This document shows, one piece after another, positions 28,452 through 41,500 of a DNA stretch of 64,000 nt. The stretch is from a virus. The stretch lies in the IMG/VR virus record IMGVR_UViG_3300030002_000003, positions 1 to 64,000 of that record; one strand, written 5' to 3'. The notes below the pieces were generated by a model. The model searched no databases and was not told where the DNA came from. It saw only the letters and a program-made list of their open reading frames with translations. Position 1 is the first letter of the stretch, and each line of letters opens with the position of its first letter. A program made the translations under genes and the position numbers.

Positions 28452-30674
28452 ATGAATAAGAATATAAATAAATTGAAGTCTAATACTGCTTCTAAAAGAC
28501 TTTTAAAGAAATATGATCTAGGAACTACTGGTTTTAATGTAGATAGTTACATGAAGCTAAATAAGCCTGGAATGCAGCAAGTATACGGAGCTCAATACTT
28601 TGATCCAAATACAAACACTGCTATAGCGTCAAATGGAGTAGCAGCTGGTGGAGAATCTGTAGCTGGAAGCGCGATGGGTGGAATTACTCCTGGAGGAATA
28701 GCATCCGCTGCTAGTGGAATAGGTGATTTAGTTACATCGTTTGGTGGCGGAGACGCTACGTCTACCGCATCTAAAGTAGGTGGAACATTAGCTAGTGCTG
28801 GAAAGTTTGCTCAAATGGGTGCAGGATTTGGACCATATGGAGCAGCAGCAGGAGCTGTAGTTGGAGGAGTTGTTGGATTGCTTGGTGCTAATAAGGCGGC
28901 TGGGCAACAAATAGCTGCGGAGACTCAAGCTGATATAGATACTAGAATGAATTCCAACAGGAACTCAAATACTGCTATAGCTGGAAAATATAACGCTAGG
29001 AACTTTACAAACAGCAGAGTAGCTGGATTTGATAAAGGCGTTGCTAAGTTTAAATCAAATGGAATAAACTCTAATGATCCAAATGCATTAATTGCTAACG
29101 GAGAAGGAGTAATGGATGGAGCAACTGGTAGAATTGGAACCGTAGATGGTACATATAATCCTAATAATCCAGATGTCGTCCCAGCTAATTTAACAGAAGG
29201 TAGTTCAGTGTATTCTAAGAATGACAAATACGTAATACCTGGAGGGTATAGCACTCCTGCTGATATTATAGCAAGAGCTGAAAAAATGCAAACAATTAAC
29301 GATAAAATACTAATGCCAAAAGAAGGACAAAGAAAACTTGCTGGATTAGATAAGAAAACTGCTGAGTTAAATAGACTTAATATATCGAAGCAAGCTCAAT
29401 TGCTTAACATGAATACCATGCTTAATCAACAACTACAGGGAGGAATTCCAGCAAATTCACAATTACCTAGATATGACGATGGAGTTACTTCATCTAAGAA
29501 ACAAAAAGTATCTACCGATGTAATGCAAGGCGGAAGTACAGTTGGTATTCCTAAAGTAGATGTAACTGGTGTTCCAGAGGGAGATTATATTGATATACAA
29601 GTTCCAGTAGCTAAGGGTCAAACTATAGCTAGACAAGGAGTGTCTTTTGCAAATAAAGCCGCTCTTGATAAATGGGGACTAAATGTTGACTTTGGTGTTA
29701 AAAATGGAGCAGTTGATGAGGTAATGGCTGGGAATTGGACTGGACAAATGAATAAACTAGATCCTAATTACAAAACTGGAGGGAGTTCTGGGTATACGGA
29801 CGGAATTAAGAACCTTAGGATTTATAAGGATCAGGCAGCTAAATATGCTGTAGCTGGATCACCTGCGGCAACTACTGCTCAGTCTCAAATAGACCCATCT
29901 TATAGTCTATCTAACTATGGACTTAATGGAGGAAAGCAAGCTCCGTCGACTATGACTGGATTTGGTACTAAACCAACAGTTAATAATATAGTTAGCCCTA
30001 CATCGTCTCCTAGCATAGATGTATCAGGAGTAGGATACGGGAATGTATTTTCTAGTCTATCTGCAATGGCACCTGCATTGAACAATATGTTCTCGGGTCC
30101 AGCTGATGTTGCTAAGCCAGTATACGAGCAATATCTAAATACTAACAATAGATACAATATGGCTCCAGCAATGAAAGATGCTGAAGAGCAACGCAGAATA
30201 GCTGCATATAATAATAGATCTATAAATACAAGTACTGGAGCAGGCATGGCATTCAGATCAGCAACTCCATCTATAGATATATTGTCTGATATACAAGATA
30301 GAGCAAATACCGCTAATATTGGTTATAAGAATCAATACAATGCAGTCGCCAATGAAAATATTAGAGCTAATACTAACGAACAAAGAAGAGTAGATGACCT
30401 TAATGCTAGAAATCAAGCCTCTGCTAGAAATATCAAGCGAACTGGATTGTCTCAAATGGCAGAAGGAATTCAAACTAATCAACTTATGTCTAATCAACGT
30501 AAGGATGATATGTTTAAATCATTAATATTCTCTAGATATAATACTGCAATGTCTGACGCAGATAAAGCCTCATTAGATGCTTCTATAGCAAAGATGTATG
30601 GTGGTCAAGATAATATAAATATTGGCAAATTTTTTAAAAAGAAAACAGGTATTAGAAAACCTACAAATAAATAA
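28452..30674 (+). CDS. Cargo/ejection protein 1 with Gly/Ala-rich membrane segment
   Basis: GAGFGPYGAAAGAVVGGVVGLLG segment, 'ANGEGV' motif, N/Q/R-rich helical C-terminus; lies directly after the muzzle. Confidence 0.65.
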   Translation: MNKNINKLKSNTASKRLLKKYDLGTTGFNVDSYMKLNKPGMQQVYGAQYFDPNTNTAIASNGVAAGGESVAGSAMGGITPGGIASAASGIGDLVTSFGGGDATSTASKVGGTLASAGKFAQMGAGFGPYGAAAGAVVGGVVGLLGANKAAGQQIAAETQADIDTRMNSNRNSNTAIAGKYNARNFTNSRVAGFDKGVAKFKSNGINSNDPNALIANGEGVMDGATGRIGTVDGTYNPNNPDVVPANLTEGSSVYSKNDKYVIPGGYSTPADIIARAEKMQTINDKILMPKEGQRKLAGLDKKTAELNRLNISKQAQLLNMNTMLNQQLQGGIPANSQLPRYDDGVTSSKKQKVSTDVMQGGSTVGIPKVDVTGVPEGDYIDIQVPVAKGQTIARQGVSFANKAALDKWGLNVDFGVKNGAVDEVMAGNWTGQMNKLDPNYKTGGSSGYTDGIKNLRIYKDQAAKYAVAGSPAATTAQSQIDPSYSLSNYGLNGGKQAPSTMTGFGTKPTVNNIVSPTSSPSIDVSGVGYGNVFSSLSAMAPALNNMFSGPADVAKPVYEQYLNTNNRYNMAPAMKDAEEQRRIAAYNNRSINTSTGAGMAFRSATPSIDILSDIQDRANTANIGYKNQYNAVANENIRANTNEQRRVDDLNARNQASARNIKRTGLSQMAEGIQTNQLMSNQRKDDMFKSLIFSRYNTAMSDADKASLDASIAKMYGGQDNINIGKFFKKKTGIRKPTNK

Positions 30675-30676
30675 AA

Positions 30677-32575
30677 ATGGGAATAAATTTATACGATAAT
30701 CCAGCACAAGCTAAGTTCATAAATACGTATGTTCCTATTCAGTTTGAGAACTTATATAGAGTTGCCGATAAAGCACAGAAGAATCTAGACGAGAATGAGA
30801 AGTTAATGGATGACACTACTCTTAACTACTCTAGCTTAAACACCATGTCTGATGCAGATAAGGCTAAATGGGACTCTGATATCTATGGACCTATAAAGAA
30901 CTTTGTTGATACTAAGTTTAATAGCGACCAAGCAATGAAAGATCCTACGCTACAGTCTGAATATAAGGCTATGGTAAGGAGATTAAAGAATAATCCAACT
31001 ACATCTGCTTTGATGACCTCTGCTGTTAATATGAGAGAAGTGGCTAAGAAGTCTGACCCTAGATGGGGTGAATATGAAAAGAATAAACTTAGGGCTCATG
31101 ATACATCTGCTCAAGGTGTATTTGATGGAAGTAATATTCAATACGAAGGATGGGATAAAGTAGAGGAAGAGATATTTAAAGATCTTCCAAAGGATGGTAC
31201 TCATCAAAAAGCATTATCTACTGGTAATTGGGAAGTTAGCGGTACTACTGATACTGACTTAAAAAATGTTCTAGCAAATACAAAAGACTATTTAGCTACT
31301 CATCCATTTATAAACGCAGCCGTAGAAAAAGATTTACAGGATGGAAACATACCTAAATCTTATTACAGTACTGACTCCAAAGGAAATGTACTTGTAGATC
31401 CTTCTACTGGACAACCATCCGTAGATAAATTTAAATATGCAGAAGACAAGATATATGCTTTAGCTAAAGCTAGGGAACACTTAGACTATAAGTATATAGG
31501 AGATAAGATTAGAGCTAATAGGCCTACATACTCAGGCGCAGAAAGTCCTCAGCAGTATTCTATAGTTCAAGAGGAGAATAACCTATTAGGAGGACAAGTG
31601 CAATCTAATTTAAGAACCGCATATCTAGAAGCTATTGGAAAACAGGTAATTAGAAAAGATGGTCAACTTCAGGCTAACACTAGGGGCCCATTAGGATCTA
31701 TAGGGGCAAGTTATTGGACTGCTAATTCAAATGCGTCTAGACTTGAAGGCGATGTCGCTAAGGCTAAAATAACTCTATCTAGAACAGAAGATCCAGCCGC
31801 CAGAGCAAACATAATGAATGTGTTAGCAGGAAAGGAAAAGGCGTTGTCTAATGCACGCGAGTCCGTTTCTAGGCTGCAAGGAGATTTCGATAATCAGATA
31901 GCAGCAGACGTTAGTTTACATAAATATCCAACAGCAATTGGAGGAAGACAGCTTAAACCAGTACTTACTAAAGATCAGGTAGCTGAGGCCTATAAAACTA
32001 AAATGACTCCAGCGTTTATATCTCAATGGTATAATACTAGTATAGGAACTCCATTCCAATTAAAGAATCAAAGAGGCGTAGTAGCCAATACATACACAGT
32101 TCCAGGTTCTGAGAAGCTAACATTTGTAGATAGACATAAAAAGCTACCACTAACAACTACTGGTGCTCATACAGATAAATCTGTACACGCCATGAATACT
32201 CTTATGAGTTCTGGCAGACTAAGTAATAAAATATCATTCGCTCCTACTTCTACTGCAATTAAGTATTCTGACAATATAGAAAACTATGGGTCTGCATACA
32301 TAGATAAAGGATCTGCGCTTCAATCAGGACTTACTCCTTATGATATTTCTACACTAAAGAAGAGTGGTATGATTTCAGAACAAACAGTAGAGGTTAGTCC
32401 TGCTACAGGAACTGGAGCTACTGCAAAACCAGCAAAAACGGTTACATACTTAGTTATTCCAACTACGTATAATATACCAGCAGAATCTACATCTCCTGGA
32501 TATGAAGCTGCAAGAGTAGACCAAAAGAATCCAAATTTCATAGCTAATCCAGCTCATTACGGATTAAACAAATAA
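30677..32575 (+). CDS. Cargo/ejection protein 2
   Basis: N-terminus 'N.YD.PAQA.FINTYVPI.F' recalled from crAss cargo proteins; position before the RNAP gene. Confidence 0.6.
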   Translation: MGINLYDNPAQAKFINTYVPIQFENLYRVADKAQKNLDENEKLMDDTTLNYSSLNTMSDADKAKWDSDIYGPIKNFVDTKFNSDQAMKDPTLQSEYKAMVRRLKNNPTTSALMTSAVNMREVAKKSDPRWGEYEKNKLRAHDTSAQGVFDGSNIQYEGWDKVEEEIFKDLPKDGTHQKALSTGNWEVSGTTDTDLKNVLANTKDYLATHPFINAAVEKDLQDGNIPKSYYSTDSKGNVLVDPSTGQPSVDKFKYAEDKIYALAKAREHLDYKYIGDKIRANRPTYSGAESPQQYSIVQEENNLLGGQVQSNLRTAYLEAIGKQVIRKDGQLQANTRGPLGSIGASYWTANSNASRLEGDVAKAKITLSRTEDPAARANIMNVLAGKEKALSNARESVSRLQGDFDNQIAADVSLHKYPTAIGGRQLKPVLTKDQVAEAYKTKMTPAFISQWYNTSIGTPFQLKNQRGVVANTYTVPGSEKLTFVDRHKKLPLTTTGAHTDKSVHAMNTLMSSGRLSNKISFAPTSTAIKYSDNIENYGSAYIDKGSALQSGLTPYDISTLKKSGMISEQTVEVSPATGTGATAKPAKTVTYLVIPTTYNIPAESTSPGYEAARVDQKNPNFIANPAHYGLNK

Positions 32576-32589
32576 TATAGCAATTTCTG

Positions 32590-35500
32590 ATGAAGAGACC
32601 AAAAATAGATAAAAGAATTATAACTCCAGGTGCAATGGCAGACTATGCTAAGAGGGAAGCCTCTTGGTCTGGTATGCTTATGAGCGCAGGTGATTTGAGC
32701 GTCGGCAATTACAAAAAGGTTGCTCCAGAGGCTCCTGAGGTAGATACCGAGGCTCAAGACAAAGAGATTGCTAGAAAAGTTGATGTAGCTGTTGCTGAAA
32801 AACTAAAAGCAGCCGAGGCTGGGAAAGTAGATACGAATCTTATTCCTAAAGAGGATAAAGCTACTGAAGCTCCAACTAATCCTTTAGAACAGAAGCAATG
32901 GGAAGTTAATCAGAATAACTGGTTTGAAGCATACAAAAATAAGTTAGGCCCAAAATCATATCCATTGACTACTGGTCCATCTGAGACTCCTTTGTTTGAC
33001 TCAATGAAGGAAGGGGCTAAAAATACCATAAACTTTGTAAATACTGGCCTTAATCAGATATTTGACTTTCCTGCAACCTTGTCTGATATTGGCTCACATG
33101 CAGTTAAATTCGCCGCTAAATCTGCAAATGAGATAGATCAATTTGGGAAGGCTAATTATTTCTCTGACTCATGGAAAGCTACTGCAAATGGATTTGATGA
33201 TTCACATATAAGTAAAGCCGCTGGAGAGCAAGTTGAAGTATTAGGTCAGGCTAGAGACGGAATAGAAACTATGTCTGATGTAATTAAGACTGACCCTACT
33301 ATGCAAGAAGCCCTTCTAGCTTATAATGAGTGGAGTAAAAGACCAGATAAGATGGATGATGGAAATGGAATGCCAGTTTGGGATCAAGTTCAATCAGATC
33401 TTAGGCCTGCATTCGATAAACATTATAGTACTATCAAGAAATATATAGAGGCTAGAGATAAGTTTAGTCCTAATATGTTTAACACCGGTGAATCATTTGA
33501 AAAGACTGCTCATAAGGCTGGCTTATTAGATGGTATTGGTAACTTTGTAGATCAATTAGGAAATTCTATTACTGGCGTAGATGAAAATAATTCATTAGCA
33601 GGGAATGTTAGTAGATCTGGAAGTGGCGCATCTAATGCAGAAGCGTATCCAAAAGGATTCACTCCATATATGCAACCTGATGGCAAACCCGTTCCTAACT
33701 ACGCGCTTCCATCAACAGAAGAGCTTTTTGGTAAAGGTCCTGGATATGACATGCGTGCTACAAATGGGTATCTGAATGCTATGAATAAAATAAATCTTCA
33801 GGATATGAAAACTGAAGAAGACGTTGCATGGCACATGAGACAAAAGAAAGCTCGTGGAGACGCTTCTAATGCATTCCTTGTTAAGCAAAATCAGAACGAT
33901 AATATACTGTTTTCTATGCCTTCTCAGGTAGGTATATCTTCAGGCGATGTAACTACTCAATTTGCTTCTACAGGCCTGTCAATGGCTTTAGGTGCAGCCT
34001 CAGGGGTATCTAAGAACCCATTTATAAAGGGTGCTATTACCGCTGTTAATTTTGGTTCCAATTTAGCCTTAAATGCATACCAACGTAAGCATGAAAACTG
34101 GATGGAGCTTGATGATAATCATAGAACTAAGGTTAATGAGTATCTAGCTAAGAATGGCGGTGGCGACAGCAATATGCTGTATAACCAATCGGACGATAAG
34201 ATATTAAAACCATTATTAACTGATGGTGCTGGTGGGGACGAGGTAAATAAAGCTAGACAGGAGTTAAAAGAAAACGGAGCATTATCTACAGAGACTAGAG
34301 CTATTATAGAAAGAGGTATATTATCTAGACGTATCAAGACATCTGATAAAGTAACTAATGATGCATTAGCTAATGGTGACGTGAAATTGAAAGAATACAT
34401 GAAGCAGAATGATGCTTTCATGTGGACTGATGTTGCAGAGTCTATGATTATGTCTATCCCATTTGGAAGTGGAGCTACTAAGGCAATAGAGCTCGCTGCT
34501 AAACCAGAAGCATCTGCGGCTGCTAAATTTGCTGCAAAAACTATAGAAATGGCTGAAGGCAAGTACACTAAAACTATTGGAAAGATAATGCAACATGGAG
34601 CTATGATAGTTCCAAAGATAGCTGCAGCTCATACTGTAGATGCCTTAGGTGAAGCTTTTGAAGAATCAGGTCAATACGTAAATGGTCAGAACTATATAAA
34701 GAATCATATGAATGAATATGATTCATATATTGGGTCATTGATAGAAGGTACTAATTCTGGTATATCTGGTATCAAAATGATACTTGGAGAGAATGTAGAC
34801 AAAAATTACTATGATAAAGATCAACTAGAGATGAATGCTAAGGCTGGATTCTATATGGGACTTATTATGCCTCTTCCGTTTACTGCATTTCATACCGCTA
34901 CGGAAATAAGGGAAAATTCTAGAGAGAATAGAGCAAAGTCTTATATAGATGGAGGTATTGGGGCTCAAATAGACTCTGAATCAAGAATTACTAAAGCTAA
35001 TTTCTATGTAAACGCAGCTACAAAGGGGATGGGCGATGCTGTTGAAAATCATATAGAGAATCTTTCAGCTAATAACAAAGACCCATATAAAAAGAGACAA
35101 TTCCAAGACGAAGCTAAATTCGCTAAAGAGGTTCTTTCTGTTGCAGATAGCCCACAGGTAACTAAGTTTGCTAAAAATAATGGAAAATATGGATCAGAAG
35201 ATCATAAATTACTCACCTCTTTAATAGTTGACCATAGTGCGGCATATGAGGATGCTGTAAAAAAGGTTGATGAATCTAATTCTATACTTGATAAATCTAG
35301 TAAGACTGACTTTGAATCTGACTTTACATTCCAATCTGCATTTAATCAAATAAATAGTAGGAGAGAGGATGGGAGTGAGGCTATTATACCAAAAAATGTT
35401 CAACAGGAGTTGCATTCTCTAATGGCGGAAAAGCAGGCAACGGAGGTTTTAATTAACTTTAAAGAACTTAGTGACGCTCATGACATAGATAGAAAAGATA

Positions 35501-38500
35501 AAACTGTAAACTCTCCACAGAATAAGCAATTTAAGTCTGATTTAAAATCAAGACTTATGTCTATAAATAATAGAATAAATTCATTTGCTGATGTGATGAG
35601 TATACCTAAGGAAGAGTTCAATGATCTTCCAATGGCTAAGTCATCTAATGAGAGTAAAACTGCTCTATCAACAGGAATAGCTGCTCAGGAAGGATCTAGA
35701 TACGATTCTGACGTTGTTAATGCTTTATCTGGCTATGAATCTAAAAGAAATTCAAACGGAGAGCAGTCATTCAAAAAGATGAGTGATGCTAAACATACTG
35801 CTACAGTTTTAGATTATTTAGATAAATATAGAGCTGCTAGACAGTCAGAGGACGAGACTGAAGACAATTTGCAGTCTCGGGAGGCTGAGAAGGCCTCTAA
35901 GGACGATTCTAAGACAGTTTTAGAGGAAAATGGTATTCCGCATCCAGGAACTCATGAAGAACCCGCTACGGAGCTAGAAATGGCACCAGCAGAGGAGCCG
36001 TTAACTACGGTAACTTCATCGGTTGAGCCAACAGAAGAGACTAAGCCTGTATCTACTGAGGCACCGCAGGTTCAAGAAGAACCAATTAAAGAGGTATTAC
36101 CAGAAGAAGATGTAGAGACTAGTTCAAAGGAAACTCCAGAATCATCTGATGTAACTCCAGAGCCTGCTCCAGAAGTACAAGAAGAACCACTAGCTCCGAC
36201 CGAACCAAAAGGAGAACAGTCTGTAGAGGCTGAAGAAAAAGCTACTAAAGAAACAATATCTACTGAAAAGCAAGCAGGTAGAAATACCTTTGCGTATGCC
36301 AGTAGAATGTTTTATGGCGTTACGGCTAATGCAGTTGCACCTAAAAGTATAAATGGACAAAGAGTCAAATCACACGAAGAATTAGGTAAATTACTCGCTA
36401 CTAATGATTTCTTGGTTGACACCGAGATTGAATTTACTATGCAGGATAAGAATCCTAATATAGGTGGGTTTATACCCGGTCATAGAACTACTTATGATCA
36501 AGCGGCTATTATTGCTGTCATAAATAAGAAGAGCGGCCCAATGAAGGGTTACTATGTAGCTATGGTTACAGACCCGTCTGCTAATACTGCTACAGTAAGG
36601 AGTATGCAAGAAATTATTGCATTGTCTAACTTTAGACGAGGAATAATAGAATCTATAGCATCTAATGAGACGCTTCCTTCTGATAAAAAAGTAAAGGTTG
36701 TAGCTTCTGTAGTAAAGGTAAATGATGGAGAAATCAAAACTCTTCTAGTAGATGGTCAGTCCGTTATACACGAACAGCGTAATATAGCTGACGTTCCTGG
36801 ATTTGGGCTACCAATGAAAGACGGTAAGGTGGTATGGAGTGAAGTGTCTAGCGAAACCATTGGATTGCACCTTGGAAAAGGAGATCGTGGAGATAGAGCC
36901 ATTATGGATGCAGATCAACATGTCGTTTCATATGTTAAAGATGAGAGTAACTCAGGTAATGCGTTCATAAGCGTAACTACTCCAGTAAGAAAAGATAAGA
37001 GAGAAATTAAGGTTAATCAAAAACAAATTAAACGTGAGACTCAAGAGGTAATTGATTTAATATATGACTTAGTTATAAATAAAGCTGCATCTGATGCAGA
37101 ACGTATATATACCAGTCACAAAGGAAAGCAATTAGATACTGGTGTATCTGCATTCTCATTGTTAGATAAATTAATTAACTTCGGCGAAAAGACTATAGTT
37201 CAAGAATCTAGAACTGAAGAGGAGCGTAAATATTTACTTCCAAAACAATTCTATATTAGCTCTGACTCGGCTGCTAGGTTTATTGTATATGGAGAAGACT
37301 CTATGACTTTAGATCAAGCTAAAACTGAATCTGGAGCTAAGATTATAAAAGACTTCATAGTTGGTGGAATGCACTGGAACTTAGAGAAGAATCACCTATC
37401 TATAGAGGGTACCCCAGTAAGAGTTAATCAACTATTTCCTCAATTAGACTATCTGTTTAATGAAACTAATCTTGGAATAGATAAAGTTGAGTTTGCAAAA
37501 GGATTTACAATAACTAAAGAAGACGTCAATAGTTTAACATGGGCTGCATGGATGCTAAAGAACGGTAAGATTACAACTGATGCTATTGATGGTATTTTTG
37601 GCAATCCGTATCTTCACGTGGAGTCATATGATGTAGTTCCAAAGAATAGTATTAGTACTCCAGTGTCGTCAGATGGTGGTTTAAGGGGCCTAGGAGCCTC
37701 TGAGAGCGTCGTAAATAACTCAATTAATGATTCTGTTCAACCAGATAAATCGTTCGTTACAGAGCCTACAGTAGAGCGTGAGATATCACCAGATTCTTAT
37801 GACGAGCTTCCTTCGTTTGACGATCTGATGAATTTTGATCTAGAGGGAGCTCCAAAAGAAGTTAATGGTCCAGTAACCAAAGAGATGAACTCTGATATAG
37901 AGTCCGCTTGGTTGATGGACAAGTTAGGATTAAACGAGGACGAAATCGATATTAGAGACGAAATTATCAAATTAGCTCATGATAGACGCGCTATGGGGCT
38001 TATGGCAGAGTCATCTATAGTATTATGGAATAAGGGCGAAGCAGGTACTGCGTATCACGAAGCATTCCACAGGGTATCGTTATTGCTATTAAATCAATCT
38101 GAAAGAAACAGAATATACAGTTTGGCCAGAAACTCAAACTCTGAGTTAACTAACGCTACTGAAAAACAAATAGAAGAGCACTTAGCTGAATTATTTAGAG
38201 AGCAGATGCTATCTCCTACTCACGTATCTGACGTACTAGGAATTAGAAAGTTCTTTAGAAAAATCGCTAATACAACAAGAAGGTTCTTGGGTATGACTCC
38301 TAGAACCATAAACAGATTATTTAAAGATATCCAACTTGGCGCTTACTCTGACGTAAAAGTAGATAGATCTAGCTTAAATAGATTCAAAGAGGCTTATACT
38401 GAAGGTGCTGAATATGGAATCAAAGAACTTAAGCTTAGAAATATAGGCACTTACTCTGAATTGTTCGCAATTAGAGATTCTTTAGTATATGCAATGTTCC

Positions 38501-41500
38501 AATTGAATAACGTTGCTGCTATCGGTGATATAAGCGACCTAGATATGGGTACACTTAAGTCCTGGATAAAGAAAGTTTCGGCTGATAAATCAAACGAATC
38601 GAGGTCTGCGTTATTTACTGAAATAGATGAAAGATTTGAAGACATATTTAAGCCAAAGATAAATCAATTCTTGGCCGCAATGGACATCAAAGAAGTAGAT
38701 GAAGACAACAGAACAGAAAGCGATTCTAATCAAATAGCTGATGAGGCCGCTGATCACTCTAAAGCCTCTTATGAAATATCTAAGGCTGATAATACTAGGG
38801 CGTCTGTTAAGATGTTTATAGCTACTATGCCTAACTCTGAGATGATAGATGGCAAACCTACTGTATCGTTAGAACCTTTAACTGGAATACCTACATTCGT
38901 ACCATTTGTTCCTTCATGGAATAAGATGATTAGCGAATTAAGCGACATGAGTACAGTTCCTATGATGATAGAGAAGATAGACCGCTTATCAAAAGTAGAT
39001 CCTTTCTATAAACTATTACTAGGCAGACTTAATAAGGTAGATGCTAAGACCGGTAAGATGATGTTAACCGATCAATTTATTACTCAGTTCTGGGGATCGT
39101 TGTTCAGTATGCGTCACCAATTTATAAACATTGGATATAGGGAAATAGCTGAGTCTAAGGATGATATAAGAAATCTATTCGTAATTAGAGATAGTGATGT
39201 TGAAAGAGCTACTAGAGAATTACCTACTCTGTGGGGACAATCTTTTGCTGAGAATCCATCGTTGTTTCCAACCGATGAAAATGGAGATAAGTCGTTTAAT
39301 AAAGAGTACGCTCAATCTATAAAAGATAGATACTTAACTGGACTATTGTCTCAGACTAAACCGTCTAAAGATAAAACTAAACAGATTGATCTTAACGTAG
39401 AGGAAAATAGAAATGCCGTACTCGATGAAATAGTAGACCTATATAATATGGTAGGTATTGCTATTGATAGAGATACATTAAACTACATGCTTCAAGGTAA
39501 AAAAGGAACTGCATCAGAAATGGTTGCAGAACTTACAAAATACCTAACAGATACTAAATCTGGCAGTATGAGCATCTTGTTCAATAATGTAATGTCGTCA
39601 TTAATAAAAAATAATGGAGAACTACTTAAATCTGCCAAGAATAGAAAGTCCGAAATACGTAGAGAGGTTAAAGAGATATTCCTGAATGAGAAGTTTGCAG
39701 AAAGACTTGCAGTAGCTCAATCTAAATCTCACAAATCATATGTAGAGGCAACTGTTATTGGTGCTGATGGAGCTAAGCTTTATCAAGTATCTCAAAACAA
39801 TATTATATCTGATACAGTTAGAGAGTTAAATACTAATCCGGAATTAGTTAATAATTTAATTAATACTACATATGTAGGTGGATTTGTTAACGCTAATGGA
39901 GTTAGTACTGGATCTAGAGTCTTAAGACAATTAAAGGATGGTACCTCCAAAGGAATAGATTTAAAGACATTTGTTAAACTTACTGAAGAGGGAGCTAGAG
40001 ACAAAGGACGCGACTACTTATCTATATCTGATGCTGAGGATTATGTTATGAAAATGTCTGCTTTAGCAAACGATTACATGACTATTCCTACTATGGCGGA
40101 TAAGAAGACGTATATGTTCGTTTCTGGAGTAGAGTTAATTCACCAGCCCATAGTATACTCTAGATTTATCAAGCAAGGAGCTGATGGTAAAAACGTTGCT
40201 GATATTACTATAGATTTCCCTTCTGAAGCTAAAAATCAGTTATCTCAATATATGAGAGCTGAGTTTATGTCGATCAAGAATGCATGGCAAGAATTTAAAA
40301 CTGGCCAGGATCTTATAAAGGTATACCACTATAAATCAAATAGAGACGGCTCTATATCTCATGGAAATGGACTTAGGTTTAGATACTTTGGAAATATATC
40401 TGCTGCTGTATTACTTGGAGCCGATGTTATAAATAAAGATATAAGTTTAAACTCATACTTAGATATAGCTGAAGATACTGGAAATAAGCAAGCGTTTGAC
40501 GATGTACTTGACAATATAGAAAGATTGATGCTGAATGATTACGAAGTTATGAACTCTGTAATAAATGCATCATTAATGAGTGCACTAAAGAAGGAGGTTG
40601 CATATGCTGGATCTATAGGGGTTATTGAATACAATGGTACTATTGGATCTATAAAAAATAAGCTACTTGATAGAGGCTCCATATCTAGAAAATCCGCAGA
40701 AATGGATTCATTGCTTAGTAGCTATGACCCAGTATCTGGAAACAAGATCTCTAACTATGGAGAACAAGCTGCTATCTTAGACGCTTTGTCGGAAAACTTA
40801 GTAAATGAAATTATATCTGTAATCGAATTTGAGAAGCTATTTTCTAAAGATCCTGCATTCTACAAAGATACCGATGCTAAGATTAAGCGTCTATCATCTA
40901 TGCTATCTACTGGTACTAACCTTAGAACTGAATGGCCAATTGGTCATAACCTTCAAGGCGTAACTACATTTACTTCTGCTGAGGCAGCTGATAATATAGT
41001 AGGCAGTAGGGAATACGACAAGGTATTGAATAGATTCAAGGCTAATGAGATAAATGAACTTATAGTTGCTCATGGAAAATTATATGTATACGATCTACAT
41101 GACTTAATTGAAAATCATTCATTACCTGCTGAATCTAGAGACCAGGCTAAAGAAGATAGGCTTCAAATGCTTCAAAAGTCATTTAAAGAGGAATTTATTG
41201 CTGGATCTAAGATAGCTGAAAAGAATTCTGCTGGATATGGATTGAATGGAATAGATGAAACTGATGCTACTGTATATATAACTCCTAAGATGTGGAGAAA
41301 TATGCAAGAAATGCTTGGTGATTGGAACCCTGATATGCAAGAGGCTTTTGATTTACTAGAGTCTAAAGAGCAATCATGGGTTAATAATGATGAACAGTAT
41401 AACAAAGTTGCTAAATTAGCTATGGCTCCGATGAAGATGATCTACTTTGGTAGTAAGGTTGATTCAGAGAGAGGTTTGGATATTCCAAAGCTTGACAAGA

